DNA of 64,000 bases from Opitutales bacterium (GCA_033813415.1 JAPXRV010000005.1:6164-70163), one strand, 5' to 3'. Counted from the first letter of the stretch, positions 26,257-35,758 are shown. The notes: generated from the sequence alone by a model not told the origin. Numbers and translations: made by a program.

Positions 26257-27693
26257 CTATCGTGAAGTGGGCGAAAAGTCCGGGTAGGCCTCTTGTCCGT
26301 GCTCTCCCACGTCGAGTCCACCGAATTCTTCTTCAGCCGACACCCGTAGTCCCATGGTGACCTTAACGAGTGAGAAAATCGTCAGAGAGCTGAGGAAGGC
26401 GAATGCGGACACCGAAAGGGTGCCGATGAGCTGGCTGAGGAAGGCTCCCCCGCCGAAGATGCCTACTGCGAGGGTTCCCCAGATTCCGCAGATCCCATGC
26501 ACCGAGATCGCACCTACCGGGTCGTCAATTTTGATCCGGTCGAAGAAGATGATCGAGAACACCACGATAACCCCGGCAATGGCTCCTACGAGTACGGCCG
26601 ACCATGGGCCCATGGAGTCGGCTCCGGCGGTGATCCCGACCAGACCTGCCAGAATGCCGTTGAGCACCATCGAGAGGTCAGGTTTCTTGGAGAGGATCCA
26701 CGACGCCAGCATCGAGCTCATCCCACCTGCGGCTGCAGCGATCCCGGTGGTGACAAAGACCAGGGATACCCCGGCTGGATCCGCGCTGAGCACCGACCCT
26801 CCATTGAATCCGAACCAACCGAGGAAGAGCATGAACACGCCGATTGTGGCGAGTGGCATGCTGTGTCCGAGGATCGGCCGGATGGACCCTTCCGGACCAT
26901 ACTTCCCTTTGCGGGGACCGAGGACGAGCACCGCGGCCAAGGCTGCAAAGCCTCCGAAGGCATGCACGAGGCTGGACCCGGCAAAGTCGATGAACTCTTT
27001 GCTTTCATCTCCGCCGCTCAGCACTCCGTTGAGCCATCCACCACCCCACTCCCAGGATCCGGTGATCGGGTAGATGAACAGCACCAGCAGGGTGCCGGCT
27101 ACCATAAACGAGCTTAACTTGATGCGTTCGGCGACGGCACCGGAAACGATCGTGGCGGCGGTGGCTGCGAACATCGCCTGAAAAATAAAGTCACTCCAGT
27201 AGGTGTAATTCGCGTAGGCTCCGGTCATCTTGGCTGCCATGTCCCCTGCATCCATTGCGTTGGGGATAGGACCTCCCAGCGCAAAGAATCCGTTGAATTC
27301 TCCGGGATACATGGCGTTGAATCCCCAGAGAGCGTAGGTCAATAGTCCCATGCAAACCACGAACACATTCTTGAACAGAATGTTGACCGTGTTTTTGGAT
27401 TGAGTCAGTCCGGATTCCACCGACGCGAATCCGAGGTGCATGATGAACACCAGGGCAGCCGAGATCAGGATCCAGAGGTTGTTGACAGTGAACATGGCGG
27501 CCGGTGCCGACTCCATGAACGCATCATAGGCAAGCGGAGCGGCCTCAGTCACGGTCTCCGCGGCACTGTCGGCTGCGGCCTGCAACGCCGTGGCGGTTTC
27601 ATCACCATGCGCCCCAAGCGAGAGGGCAAGGGTCATCATGAACATCAGGGCAATCCATTTTGGAATGCGCAGGATAGATTTTTGAGCAATCAT
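26257..27693 (-). CDS. amtB: ammonium transporter
   Basis: This is a multi-TM Amt family protein (DFAGSSLVHAFGG, ISVHGICGIWGTL). The start was chosen at the Met before the signal-like segment MIAQKSILRIPKWIALMF. The ORF is open to 27729. Confidence 0.9.
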   Translation of the reverse strand: MIAQKSILRIPKWIALMFMMTLALSLGAHGDETATALQAAADSAAETVTEAAPLAYDAFMESAPAAMFTVNNLWILISAALVFIMHLGFASVESGLTQSKNTVNILFKNVFVVCMGLLTYALWGFNAMYPGEFNGFFALGGPIPNAMDAGDMAAKMTGAYANYTYWSDFIFQAMFAATAATIVSGAVAERIKLSSFMVAGTLLVLFIYPITGSWEWGGGWLNGVLSGGDESKEFIDFAGSSLVHAFGGFAALAAVLVLGPRKGKYGPEGSIRPILGHSMPLATIGVFMLFLGWFGFNGGSVLSADPAGVSLVFVTTGIAAAAGGMSSMLASWILSKKPDLSMVLNGILAGLVGITAGADSMGPWSAVLVGAIAGVIVVFSIIFFDRIKIDDPVGAISVHGICGIWGTLAVGIFGGGAFLSQLIGTLSVSAFAFLSSLTIFSLVKVTMGLRVSAEEEFGGLDVGEHGQEAYPDFSPTSR

Positions 27694-27759
27694 ACAAGTT
27701 GATCGTGTTGGTTGATAGTCGGGCCTCACCGAGTGGATGAGCTGAACGTCGGCATCTTG

Positions 27760-27775
27760 TGCAACTGCCGTGCCA
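27760..27775 (-). promoter_or_regulatory. sigma-54 (-24/-12) promoter upstream of amtB-glnK
   Basis: The minus strand reads cTGGCACGgcagTTGCAc. This is an exact match to the TGGCAC-N5-TTGCA core, about 65 nt upstream of the amtB start. Confidence 0.6.
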
Positions 27776-27888
27776 GATCACCCAACGTGGATAAATCTGT
27801 GCGAAACGGATGGATTTGCTCTTGAGTTGCCATTGTGCATGGGCTTGATGAATAGCCGAACAATCCACCTTATGATTCCGCAGCATCG

Positions 27889-29232
27889 ATGAATATCTGG
27901 GTCCAGGAAGCTCGGAAGACGCTCCAGCTGGCGTTTCCGATCATGCTCAGTCAGGTCAGTCAGAACTTGATACAGGTGATTGACACGGCAATGATCGGGC
28001 GCGTTGGAGTGGTTCCGTTGGCTGCCGCGGCATTTGCGAGCAATGTGTTTATCGTGCCGCTTGTCTTCTGCTACGGGATCAGTTCAGCGGTCTCAGTGCT
28101 GGCGGCGAATGCATTCGGGGCCGGGGATTCAAAGCGGGCGGATCGGGTCCTGCGTTCTGGGCTGGTTGTTTCAATGATCGCGGGTATCCTGATCGCGCTC
28201 GGTATGCAGATGATGCGGGGCATGCTGCATCAGTTGGGGCAGCCTGAGTCTGTATCGATTGAAGCGGAGCCGTATTTTGTGCTTCTGGGTTGGTCGATTG
28301 CTCCGGTATTGCTGGGTTCGAGTCTCAAGAATTACTCTGAGGCCAACAGCCGCCCATGGGTGCCCTTCACGAGCATGGTGTTGCTGTTGGTTCTCAATGT
28401 GTTTTTCAATTGGGTTTTCATTTATGGCCATTTTGGTGCCCCGGCCATGGGTTTGGTCGGTGCCGGCGTTGGCACCCTTTTGGCCCGGTGCCTTTCCACG
28501 CTCTATCTGGCGATGTGGATTGGCTGGGGCCGCGATTGGCAGTTCCGATGGTTTTCGCGGGATTGGTTTGCACTTCGATGGGGGGATTTCCGGCATTTGT
28601 TATCGATCGGGTTGCCGAGTGCGGTTCAGGGCATCTCCGAGGTGAGCGCGTTCATGCTGGCGTCGATCATGATCGGGTGGTTGGGAGATGCTCCTTTGGC
28701 TGCTCACCAGATTGCGATAAACATCGCGTCCATGACTTTCATGGTGACGCTTGGGCTGTCCTTTTCGTCCACGGTGCGCATCAGTCAGAAATTCGGCCAA
28801 CGCGATTTCCGGGGGGTCAGGGTTGTGGGTGGGGGAGTCTGCCTGATGGCGGTGGCTTTCATGGTGATTTGTATGGTGGGTATTCTGTTGCTGAGAGGTT
28901 GGATTCCCGGTCTGTTTGTCGCGGATGAAGAGGTTATCCGGCTGGCGGCTCTCTACCTCGTGCTGGTCGGAATGTTTCAGGTCTTTGATGGTATTCAGGT
29001 GACCATGATCGGGAGTCTGAGGGGTATGCAGGATGTCCGCGTGCCCATGTGGATCCAGATCGGGATTTATTTCGGGGTGAGCCTGCCGCTCGCCTATGTG
29101 CTGGCATTTCCCTTGGGGATGGAAGGTGCTGGGATATGGACCGGGCTGCTGGTTGGCCTGGGGCTCTGTGCGGTGGTTTCCTCCCTGAGGTTCCATTTCC
29201 TGACCATGCGTCACATGCGAATGCTTTCCTGA
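27889..29232 (+). CDS. MATE family efflux transporter
   Basis: 447 aa with a 12-TM pattern and a typical MATE N-terminus (LQLAFPIMLSQVSQNLIQVIDTAMIGRVG). Confidence 0.85.
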   Translation: MNIWVQEARKTLQLAFPIMLSQVSQNLIQVIDTAMIGRVGVVPLAAAAFASNVFIVPLVFCYGISSAVSVLAANAFGAGDSKRADRVLRSGLVVSMIAGILIALGMQMMRGMLHQLGQPESVSIEAEPYFVLLGWSIAPVLLGSSLKNYSEANSRPWVPFTSMVLLLVLNVFFNWVFIYGHFGAPAMGLVGAGVGTLLARCLSTLYLAMWIGWGRDWQFRWFSRDWFALRWGDFRHLLSIGLPSAVQGISEVSAFMLASIMIGWLGDAPLAAHQIAINIASMTFMVTLGLSFSSTVRISQKFGQRDFRGVRVVGGGVCLMAVAFMVICMVGILLLRGWIPGLFVADEEVIRLAALYLVLVGMFQVFDGIQVTMIGSLRGMQDVRVPMWIQIGIYFGVSLPLAYVLAFPLGMEGAGIWTGLLVGLGLCAVVSSLRFHFLTMRHMRMLS

Positions 29233-29270
29233 CTGGATATATCGCCCAATCGGGTTATACTTCCATTGTT

Positions 29271-29432
29271 ATGAATATCCTGACAATTATTCTCTGCATT
29301 TTTCTCCCACCTGTGGCTGTTGCTTTGGAATAAGGCATGGGCAAGGATCTGCTGATCAACATTATTCTCTGCATCTTTTTCTGGGTTCCGGGCGTCATTC
29401 ACGCTTTCTGGGTGTGCTCCAGCAAGGGTTGA
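29271..29432 (+). pseudogene. Pmp3/YqaE-family proteolipid gene interrupted by an in-frame TAA (29331-29333)
   Basis: MNILTIILCIFLPPVAVALE-TAA-GMGKDLLINIILCIFFWVPGVIHAFWVCSSKG is read in a single frame. The two halves together match the two-TM family pattern (LPP.aV...G.gkd..iNi.L...g.iPGviHA). Confidence 0.65.
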
Positions 29433-29582
29433 TCCCGTTTTTCAAGTATCGGGTTTGGCGGATTGGATGGGTCCACTGCTTTTGAGTGAGAGCGGTGGAT
29501 ACGGTTTAATATGGCCGAAACCCGGGCTGTTATGCCTGTCGTTTGGGATTGCCCAAATGAGGAATTGAATAGACGATGTGGC

Positions 29583-30167
29583 ATGATCAGCGCTCAAGAT
29601 ATCGCCGACCTGCAGAAGAACTGGACCGAACAATGGCATGATGACGGTCCATACGCACCCGCATGCAACGATGGATTCAATGCATTTGCGGAGGCCAATC
29701 ACCGACGCAACTTCGACCTGTGGCATGAGGAGGACCGCGCCCGTAGGGATGACATGGGCTTCGAATACGTTTATCATGCGAAGCGGGCGATCGACAGCTA
29801 CAATCAGCAGCGCAATGACTTTATTGAACGCATGGATCAGGCCTTGTTCGAGGTGTTCAAGCCGGATCCCGATCATGTGCCGGTGAATTCGGAGACGCCA
29901 GGTATGATCATTGACCGGCTTTCGATCCTCGCCTTGAAAGTCTATCACATGCGTGAGCAGACCGAGCGGATTGACGCCTCTCCGGAGCACCTCGCTAAAT
30001 GCCGGGAACGGCTCGCTGTCTTGCAGCGTCAACGGGAGGATCTGACCCGGATTCTGCAGCACTTTCTCGGGGAGCTTGCGCAGGGCACGCGTGCGTTCAG
30101 GGTCTATTTCCAGTTTAAAATGTACAATGATCCGGCCATGAATCCGGAGCTCTACCGTAAGTCCTGA
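29583..30167 (+). CDS. DUF4254 domain protein
   Basis: The NFDLWHEEDRARR motif and the helical C-terminus match my memory of DUF4254. It sits upstream of lipid A / core genes, as is usual for this family. The ORF is open from 29511. Confidence 0.65.
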   Translation: MISAQDIADLQKNWTEQWHDDGPYAPACNDGFNAFAEANHRRNFDLWHEEDRARRDDMGFEYVYHAKRAIDSYNQQRNDFIERMDQALFEVFKPDPDHVPVNSETPGMIIDRLSILALKVYHMREQTERIDASPEHLAKCRERLAVLQRQREDLTRILQHFLGELAQGTRAFRVYFQFKMYNDPAMNPELYRKS

Positions 30168-30195
30168 GCGGGGTATCCCGGGGTTCTGCCCGATT

Positions 30196-31611
30196 ATGTA
30201 TTGGCTTCTGCTCATCACTGGAAAATTGTTGTCCATGCTGCCAGTCAGCATGGCGGGGGGGGTGGCGTCGGTTCTGGGCTGGGTGCTCTATGTGATGCCT
30301 TCGCGGCGCAAGCGGATCCTGCTTTCCAATCTGCACCATGCATTTCCGGAAAAATCAGAGGCGTGGAGAAGACGGATTGCCAGGGTGAGCTGCAGCCGGA
30401 CGATTGAGATGGGGCTCTTCAATATCGTCAGCTCGCATTTTTCTCAGGAACGATACCAGCGTTGCCTGGAAATGGATCCGGAAGGGGAACAGGCCTTTGA
30501 GGAAGCCCTGAAAGAGGGCCGTCCGATGCTATTCCTTGGTGCCCATTTTTCGATGGTGGAGGCTTTCAATGCATGGCCAGCGGTTTCCCGTTTTCCCATG
30601 CCGGAGATGGGGGTTCTCTACCGTCCATACAAACACCCGAGGATCGATGCACTGATCAAGCGCAATCGGCAGCGCTGCGGTGCCCGGCTCTTTTCGCGGC
30701 GGGAGGGGTTTGCCGAGTTCGGAAAAATCCTTTCCAGAGGGGGTTGCGGTGCGATTCTGTTCGATCAGAACTCAGGGAGAATGGGCAGCCTGATCCCGTT
30801 TTTCGGGAAGGTTTCCTCTGCAACCGAACTCCCGGGGCTGTTTGCGAAGAAATACCGTGCGATTGTCTGGATGGGGCATTTGGAGCGTCTTTCCCTCTTC
30901 AAGGCCCGTTTCCATTTGATCCGGTTGGACGGTGACATGTCGGATAGCCGGGCAGTGACCTTAGCTTCCAATGCCTGGCTGGAGGATCGGCTGCGGGCGA
31001 ATGATGATTGGTGCGCGGATTGGCTTTGGACCCACAATCGATGGAAGATCCTCCATCGCGCCCCGGTTTGCCTGAGCATGCAGCACAAGAAAGTGCTGGT
31101 GGATTTTGGGAGTTTGCCTGATCGAAAGACCCGTATCTGGTTGTGCATGCGCAAGGTGTCGGATTGTGGGGAATCGATTCAAGCCTTTGTGACGGCCTTG
31201 CGCGCGAGCCGCCCGGATGCTTCAGTGACGCTGCTGGCCGAAGACGCAACCGGCTTTTCCCGGACCTTCCCGGGGGTGGTGGATAGCACGGTCGATTTGC
31301 CGACAGCGTCTGGAACGGCTTGGGCCAAGGCGTGGGATTTGAGAGGGGAGTATCCCGATATTTGCCTGATATTGGAAGACGATACCTGGTTGCGTGTGCT
31401 GGTCAGGGTGCTTGGAGCACCGTTGCGAATTGGGGTGCGGAACCGGACCTCTTCTCCCGGCGCCTGGCTGACAAATGCCTGGAAGCTTCCGGAAGGGGTT
31501 GGCTCAAGCTCAACCGGGACTTTGCTTGCGTTTGGCCGTGAGTTTGGAATGCAGATCCCCGGGGAACCGGTGAAGGAAGCATCCGGTGAGAGCGGAGATC
31601 CGGATGAATGA
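30196..31611 (+). CDS. lipid A biosynthesis acyltransferase (LpxL/HtrB-like) fused to a GT9 (heptosyltransferase) N-terminal-like domain
   Basis: The N-terminal ~290 aa are LpxL-like (LSNLHHAFPEKS, FLGAHFSMVE, ILFDQN). The C-terminal ~170 aa resemble only the acceptor-side half of GT9 (RIWLCMRKVSDCGESIQAFVTALRASRPDASVTLL...YPDICLIL...PLRIG). Confidence 0.7.
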   Translation: MYWLLLITGKLLSMLPVSMAGGVASVLGWVLYVMPSRRKRILLSNLHHAFPEKSEAWRRRIARVSCSRTIEMGLFNIVSSHFSQERYQRCLEMDPEGEQAFEEALKEGRPMLFLGAHFSMVEAFNAWPAVSRFPMPEMGVLYRPYKHPRIDALIKRNRQRCGARLFSRREGFAEFGKILSRGGCGAILFDQNSGRMGSLIPFFGKVSSATELPGLFAKKYRAIVWMGHLERLSLFKARFHLIRLDGDMSDSRAVTLASNAWLEDRLRANDDWCADWLWTHNRWKILHRAPVCLSMQHKKVLVDFGSLPDRKTRIWLCMRKVSDCGESIQAFVTALRASRPDASVTLLAEDATGFSRTFPGVVDSTVDLPTASGTAWAKAWDLRGEYPDICLILEDDTWLRVLVRVLGAPLRIGVRNRTSSPGAWLTNAWKLPEGVGSSSTGTLLAFGREFGMQIPGEPVKEASGESGDPDE

Positions 31612-31654
31612 TTCTTGTCCGGAGAAGATTTTCCCGAGAGTATGATCGAATAAC

Positions 31655-33427
31655 ATGAATGCTTTTTTGCCATATTTGAAGTATTTGCGTCCCTACCGCT
31701 TCCATTTCTGGATGGCGATGCTGGCAGGCGTTGTGTTTGCGGTGTCGAGCGGATTCAGTCTCCCGATGATGGCCGACAAGGTTTTTCCGAGGTTGTTTGG
31801 GGATGGTCAGCAGATGGATGGCCTGACAGTGGCGGTAGTGGCGATGGGGATCCCGCTGGTGTTTGCGATTCGGGCGATTTCCGGGTTTTTCAATGTTTAT
31901 CTGATCAACTATTGTGGGGTGCGGATTCTTGAATCAATCCGTGCGAGTTTCTTTTCGAAGATTTTGGAAGTCGAACCGGGGTATTTCACCAAAAGCCGGA
32001 CGGGTGATCTGGTGTCGCGGATGTCGGCGGATACAGCGTTGGTCCAGCTCACGTTGACCGAGGCTGCCAATGACCTGATCCGTCAACCGCTCACTCTGTT
32101 GGCGGCAGTTTCGTTCTTGATCTACAAGTCGGCGTCGGACCAGCAGTTTGCGTTTATTTTCCTGTGTCTACTGGTTGTTCCGGCGTCTGTGTTTCCAGTT
32201 CGGGCACTGGGAAAACGTCTTTTTCGCAAGGCGAAGCAACAACAAGTGGAGCAGGGCGATGTCTCGAACCTGATGACAGAAGCGGTAAGTGGCGCCCGTG
32301 AGATCCGGATTTTTCGTGCGGAAGCCTCTTTTCTGGAACGTTTTCAACGCAAAGTGGCGGATTTGCTGCATTCCCAGATGCGTGTGATCAAGTATTTCCA
32401 CATGCTTTCGCCGTCGATTGAGGTGATTTCTTCCGCAGGGGTGAGTCTGGCTTTTGTAGTGGCTTACATTCAGGGGATCACGCTGGAGACCTTTATGCCG
32501 TTGCTTTTTGCGCTCTATATGAGCTATGAGCCCATCAAGAAGATTGGCGTACTGAGCAGTCGTTTCCACCGTGGCAAAGCTGCTTTGGAGAGACTGGAGG
32601 AAATCACCGGATACCCTATCTCGATTCTGGAGCCGGGCGCTGATCGTGCTATTTCGCTGGATCGGGCACGCGGTGAGATCGAGTTCACCGATGTGTCTTT
32701 TGCGTATGGGGAGGAGCCGACACTCGAAGGCGTATCGTTCAGGATTCAGCCGGGTGAAAAGGTTGCAGTGGTCGGCCCGAGCGGCGCAGGCAAGAGCACA
32801 CTAATCCAGTTGATTCCACGGTTCTATGATCCCGCAAGCGGGTCGGTGAGAATTGATGGCAACGATGTGCGGGATCTGAGTTTTGAGGATCTGAGACGCA
32901 ATATCGCGATTGTGCTGCAGGAGCCGGTTTTGTTTGCGGGAACTTTTGAGGACAATATCCGGCTGGGCAAACCCGAAGCAACTGCCGAACAGGTTGAGGA
33001 GGCTGCCCGCAAGGCCCACATTCACGATTTCATCGTGTCGCTCCCAATGGGATATAAGACCGAGGCCGGTGAACGTGGCACTCAGTTGAGCGGTGGGCAA
33101 CGCCAGCGGATCGCATTGGCACGGGCTTTTCTGAAGGAGGCGCCGATCTTGATCATGGATGAGGCGACTTCGGCGCTTGACAGTGAGAGCGAGGAGAAGA
33201 TTCAACTCGCTCTGAGTAGCTTGTTCGAGCACGTAACGGGGATCATGATCGCCCATCGTTTCAGCAGTATCCGTTTCGTGGATCGAATTCTGGTATTGGA
33301 CAAGGGACGTCTGGTCGCAAGTGGTACCCATGCCGAGCTCATGGAGAGCTGTTCCCTATACAGAAAGCTGTATCTCAATCAGGCGGGCACGGATGACGCA
33401 GGATATGAATCCCGAAGCGCTGTATGA
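31655..33427 (+). CDS. msbA: ABC transporter permease/ATP-binding protein, MsbA-like lipid exporter
   Basis: 590 aa with six TM helices plus a nucleotide-binding domain (GPSGAGKST, LSGGQRQRIALARA, ILIMDEATSALD). Confidence 0.8.
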   Translation: MNAFLPYLKYLRPYRFHFWMAMLAGVVFAVSSGFSLPMMADKVFPRLFGDGQQMDGLTVAVVAMGIPLVFAIRAISGFFNVYLINYCGVRILESIRASFFSKILEVEPGYFTKSRTGDLVSRMSADTALVQLTLTEAANDLIRQPLTLLAAVSFLIYKSASDQQFAFIFLCLLVVPASVFPVRALGKRLFRKAKQQQVEQGDVSNLMTEAVSGAREIRIFRAEASFLERFQRKVADLLHSQMRVIKYFHMLSPSIEVISSAGVSLAFVVAYIQGITLETFMPLLFALYMSYEPIKKIGVLSSRFHRGKAALERLEEITGYPISILEPGADRAISLDRARGEIEFTDVSFAYGEEPTLEGVSFRIQPGEKVAVVGPSGAGKSTLIQLIPRFYDPASGSVRIDGNDVRDLSFEDLRRNIAIVLQEPVLFAGTFEDNIRLGKPEATAEQVEEAARKAHIHDFIVSLPMGYKTEAGERGTQLSGGQRQRIALARAFLKEAPILIMDEATSALDSESEEKIQLALSSLFEHVTGIMIAHRFSSIRFVDRILVLDKGRLVASGTHAELMESCSLYRKLYLNQAGTDDAGYESRSAV

Positions 33428-34221
33428 TGGCCGCGAATTCCAGGTTGGTGTTGTGCGACACCCATGCGCATCTGCATGCAGGCTGTGATGTTTCCGCATC
33501 CTGGGATGCCGCATACCGTAACTTGTGCCGCTTTGCGGCCGGTCAGGACTATTCGGCGCTTGTGTTTTTGGCGGACATGGCCGGGCAATCGTTTTTTGAT
33601 GACTTGCACGCTTCAACCGGAACTCGATTGGGTTCCGAATGGACGGTTTCGGAAACACAGGAAGCGGTTTCTGTGAATCTGACCCGGGACGATGGGGCAT
33701 GCATCCATGTGATCGCCGGATCTCAGGTGGTTTCCCGTGAACGGATCGAAGTGCTTCTGTTGGGCACCCGGACCCGTATTGGCGATGGGCTTCCTTTGGA
33801 CGCGGTGTTGCAGTGTGCGAGTGAGAGAGAAGGCTGGACGGTTCTGCCTTGGGGGGTGGGAAAGTGGATCGGCAAGAGGGGAGAATCGGTGAACGCTGTG
33901 CTTCGCTCCGATCCGGATGGCTTGCTCTGGGCCGGGGACAATGGAAACCGTCCCTGGTTCTGGCCTGAACCAAAGGTTTTTGAGTGGATGCGGCAAAGCG
34001 GAAGGCCGGTGCTCCGGGGAACAGATCCATTGAGGATTCATCAGGACACGCTTCGCATCGGTTCATTTGGAAACAGGATAGTGTGCGATTTTGATCCGGA
34101 ACGGCCATTCGGGAGCATGGATAAGGCGATCCGGTCGGGTGCCTTTGAAATGGGTGCCACAGGTTCTTGCCAGGGGTTGGTGCGTTTTGTCGCGAACCAG
34201 ATCCGGCTGCGGCTTTCCTGA
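33424..34221 (+). CDS. hypothetical protein (possible metal-dependent hydrolase, N-terminal CDTHAHLH)
   Basis: 265-aa ORF whose start overlaps the msbA-like stop (ATGA). I recognised no family beyond an HxH-type N-terminal motif. Confidence 0.55.
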   Translation: MMAANSRLVLCDTHAHLHAGCDVSASWDAAYRNLCRFAAGQDYSALVFLADMAGQSFFDDLHASTGTRLGSEWTVSETQEAVSVNLTRDDGACIHVIAGSQVVSRERIEVLLLGTRTRIGDGLPLDAVLQCASEREGWTVLPWGVGKWIGKRGESVNAVLRSDPDGLLWAGDNGNRPWFWPEPKVFEWMRQSGRPVLRGTDPLRIHQDTLRIGSFGNRIVCDFDPERPFGSMDKAIRSGAFEMGATGSCQGLVRFVANQIRLRLS

Positions 34222-34341
34222 GGCGAGGGATTCGGCGTTAGGTTTTTCCGTCCGTTGGAACGCCAATAACAATGTGAAACACGCGTATCTCTCCCCTGAG
34301 GATTGACAGCTTGGGCGATGCCCTTTAGGGCATTGCGGATC

Positions 34342-35703
34342 ATGGATCCGATTAAATTTCTGTTACCCGATGAAAAACTGCCGGAACAATGGTATAACAT
34401 TGCGGCCGATTTGCCCGTGCCGCTGCCCCCACCGTTGCATCCCGGGACGTTGAAGCCTTTGTCTCCGAGCGATCTGGCTCCTCTCTTTGCCGATGAGCTG
34501 ATCAAACAGGAGATGAGCACCGAGCGGTGGATTCCGATTCCGGATGAAGTGCGCCAGATTCTGGCCCAGTGGAGGTGCACACCTCTTTTCCGTGCGCGTC
34601 GTTTGGAGAAGGCCTTGGGAACTCCCGCACGTATCTACTACAAATACGAAGGCGTGAGCCCGGCAGGTTCTCACAAGCCCAATACGGCGGTTGCTCAGGT
34701 ATACTACAACAAAATGCAGGGGGTTCGCCGTATCACCACTGAGACGGGTGCCGGACAGTGGGGCTCATCGCTGGCTTTTGCCTGTAAGGTTTTTGGCCTC
34801 GAGTGCGAGGTCTACATGGTGCGCTGTAGTTTCGAGCAGAAACCCTACCGCCGGGCGTTTATGGAGCTGATGGGAGCAACGTGTTATGCAAGCCCGAGCA
34901 ACCGGACTGCTGCTGGCCGTGCGCTCCTCGAAAAGGATCCCGAAGGGCGTGGTTCTCTCGGTATGGCAATATCCGAGGCCGTCGAGATTGCCGCCCAGAA
35001 TGAGGACACGAAATACTGCCTCGGCAGCGTGTTGAATCACGTCATGCTCCATCAGACCGTGATTGGGCAGGAAGCCATGATGCAGATGGAACTGGCGAAC
35101 GATCAACCCGACATCGTCATCGGGTGTGCGGGTGGTGGCTCCAATTTTGCGGGTATTTCGTTCCCGTTCATCGGCGAGAAGCTCAAGGGAAAGCGCAATG
35201 TTCGTGTGATCGGGGTTGAGCCCGCCGCATGTCCTACGCTGACAAAGGGTCTGATGGCCTACGATTTCGGGGATACTTCCCATCTGACTCCCTTGCTCAG
35301 GATGCACACGTTGGGTAGCACCTTTGTTCCCCCCGGTATTCATGCCGGTGGGTTGCGCTACCATGGCATGGGGCCGTTGGTGAGTCATCTGGTTCATTTG
35401 GGACAGATCGAGGCCATGAGCGTTCACCAGCTTGAGGCATTCCGTTCGGGGATGACATTTGCACAGGCGGAAGGGATTGTGCCGGCTCCGGAATCCAACC
35501 ATGCGATTTCTGCGGTGATCCGTGAAGCGGAAGTTTGTAAGCAGAGCGGAGAGTCAAAGGCGATTCTGTTCAACCTGAGTGGACATGGATTGCTCGATAT
35601 GCCGTCCTATCAGGCTTATCTGACCGGAAAGCTTCAGGACTACGACTATCCGAGCGAGGAAATCGCGATGGCGCTTGCCGGCTTGCCTTCGGTCAACGGC
35701 TGA
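34342..35703 (+). CDS. trpB: TrpB-like PLP-dependent enzyme (tryptophan synthase beta chain type 2)
   Basis: The TrpB2-type N-terminus is LPDEKLPEQWYNIAADLP. The PLP lysine motif is GSHKPNTA, followed by GAGQWGSSLA and GGGSNFAG. No other trp genes are adjacent. Confidence 0.9.
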   Translation: MDPIKFLLPDEKLPEQWYNIAADLPVPLPPPLHPGTLKPLSPSDLAPLFADELIKQEMSTERWIPIPDEVRQILAQWRCTPLFRARRLEKALGTPARIYYKYEGVSPAGSHKPNTAVAQVYYNKMQGVRRITTETGAGQWGSSLAFACKVFGLECEVYMVRCSFEQKPYRRAFMELMGATCYASPSNRTAAGRALLEKDPEGRGSLGMAISEAVEIAAQNEDTKYCLGSVLNHVMLHQTVIGQEAMMQMELANDQPDIVIGCAGGGSNFAGISFPFIGEKLKGKRNVRVIGVEPAACPTLTKGLMAYDFGDTSHLTPLLRMHTLGSTFVPPGIHAGGLRYHGMGPLVSHLVHLGQIEAMSVHQLEAFRSGMTFAQAEGIVPAPESNHAISAVIREAEVCKQSGESKAILFNLSGHGLLDMPSYQAYLTGKLQDYDYPSEEIAMALAGLPSVNG

Positions 35704-35726
35704 GTGTTCGGGCGTCTTTTTCCATG

Positions 35727-35758
35727 CGGGACGGTATCCGGAGGTGCCGTCCCGTTTT
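35727..35758 (+). terminator. candidate intrinsic terminator after trpB2
   Basis: An 8-bp GC-rich stem (cgggacgg / ccgtcccg) with a 12-nt loop is followed by tttt. Confidence 0.45.

Noticed and set aside
26354-27117. 239-aa and 206-aa plus-strand ORFs.
   Set aside because: They are antisense to amtB and have Pro/Arg/Ser-rich non-protein-like composition.
29442-30251. A 269-aa minus-strand ORF.
   Set aside because: It is antisense to the DUF4254 gene and to the start of the lpxL-like gene, which fit the same-strand operon.
33356-34108. A 250-aa minus-strand ORF, plus the 142-aa ORF at 33613-34041.
   Set aside because: They are antisense to the 33424-34221 ORF. They are Pro/Arg/Ser-rich and lack operon context. 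The plus-strand ORF is translationally coupled to the msbA-like gene (ATGA).
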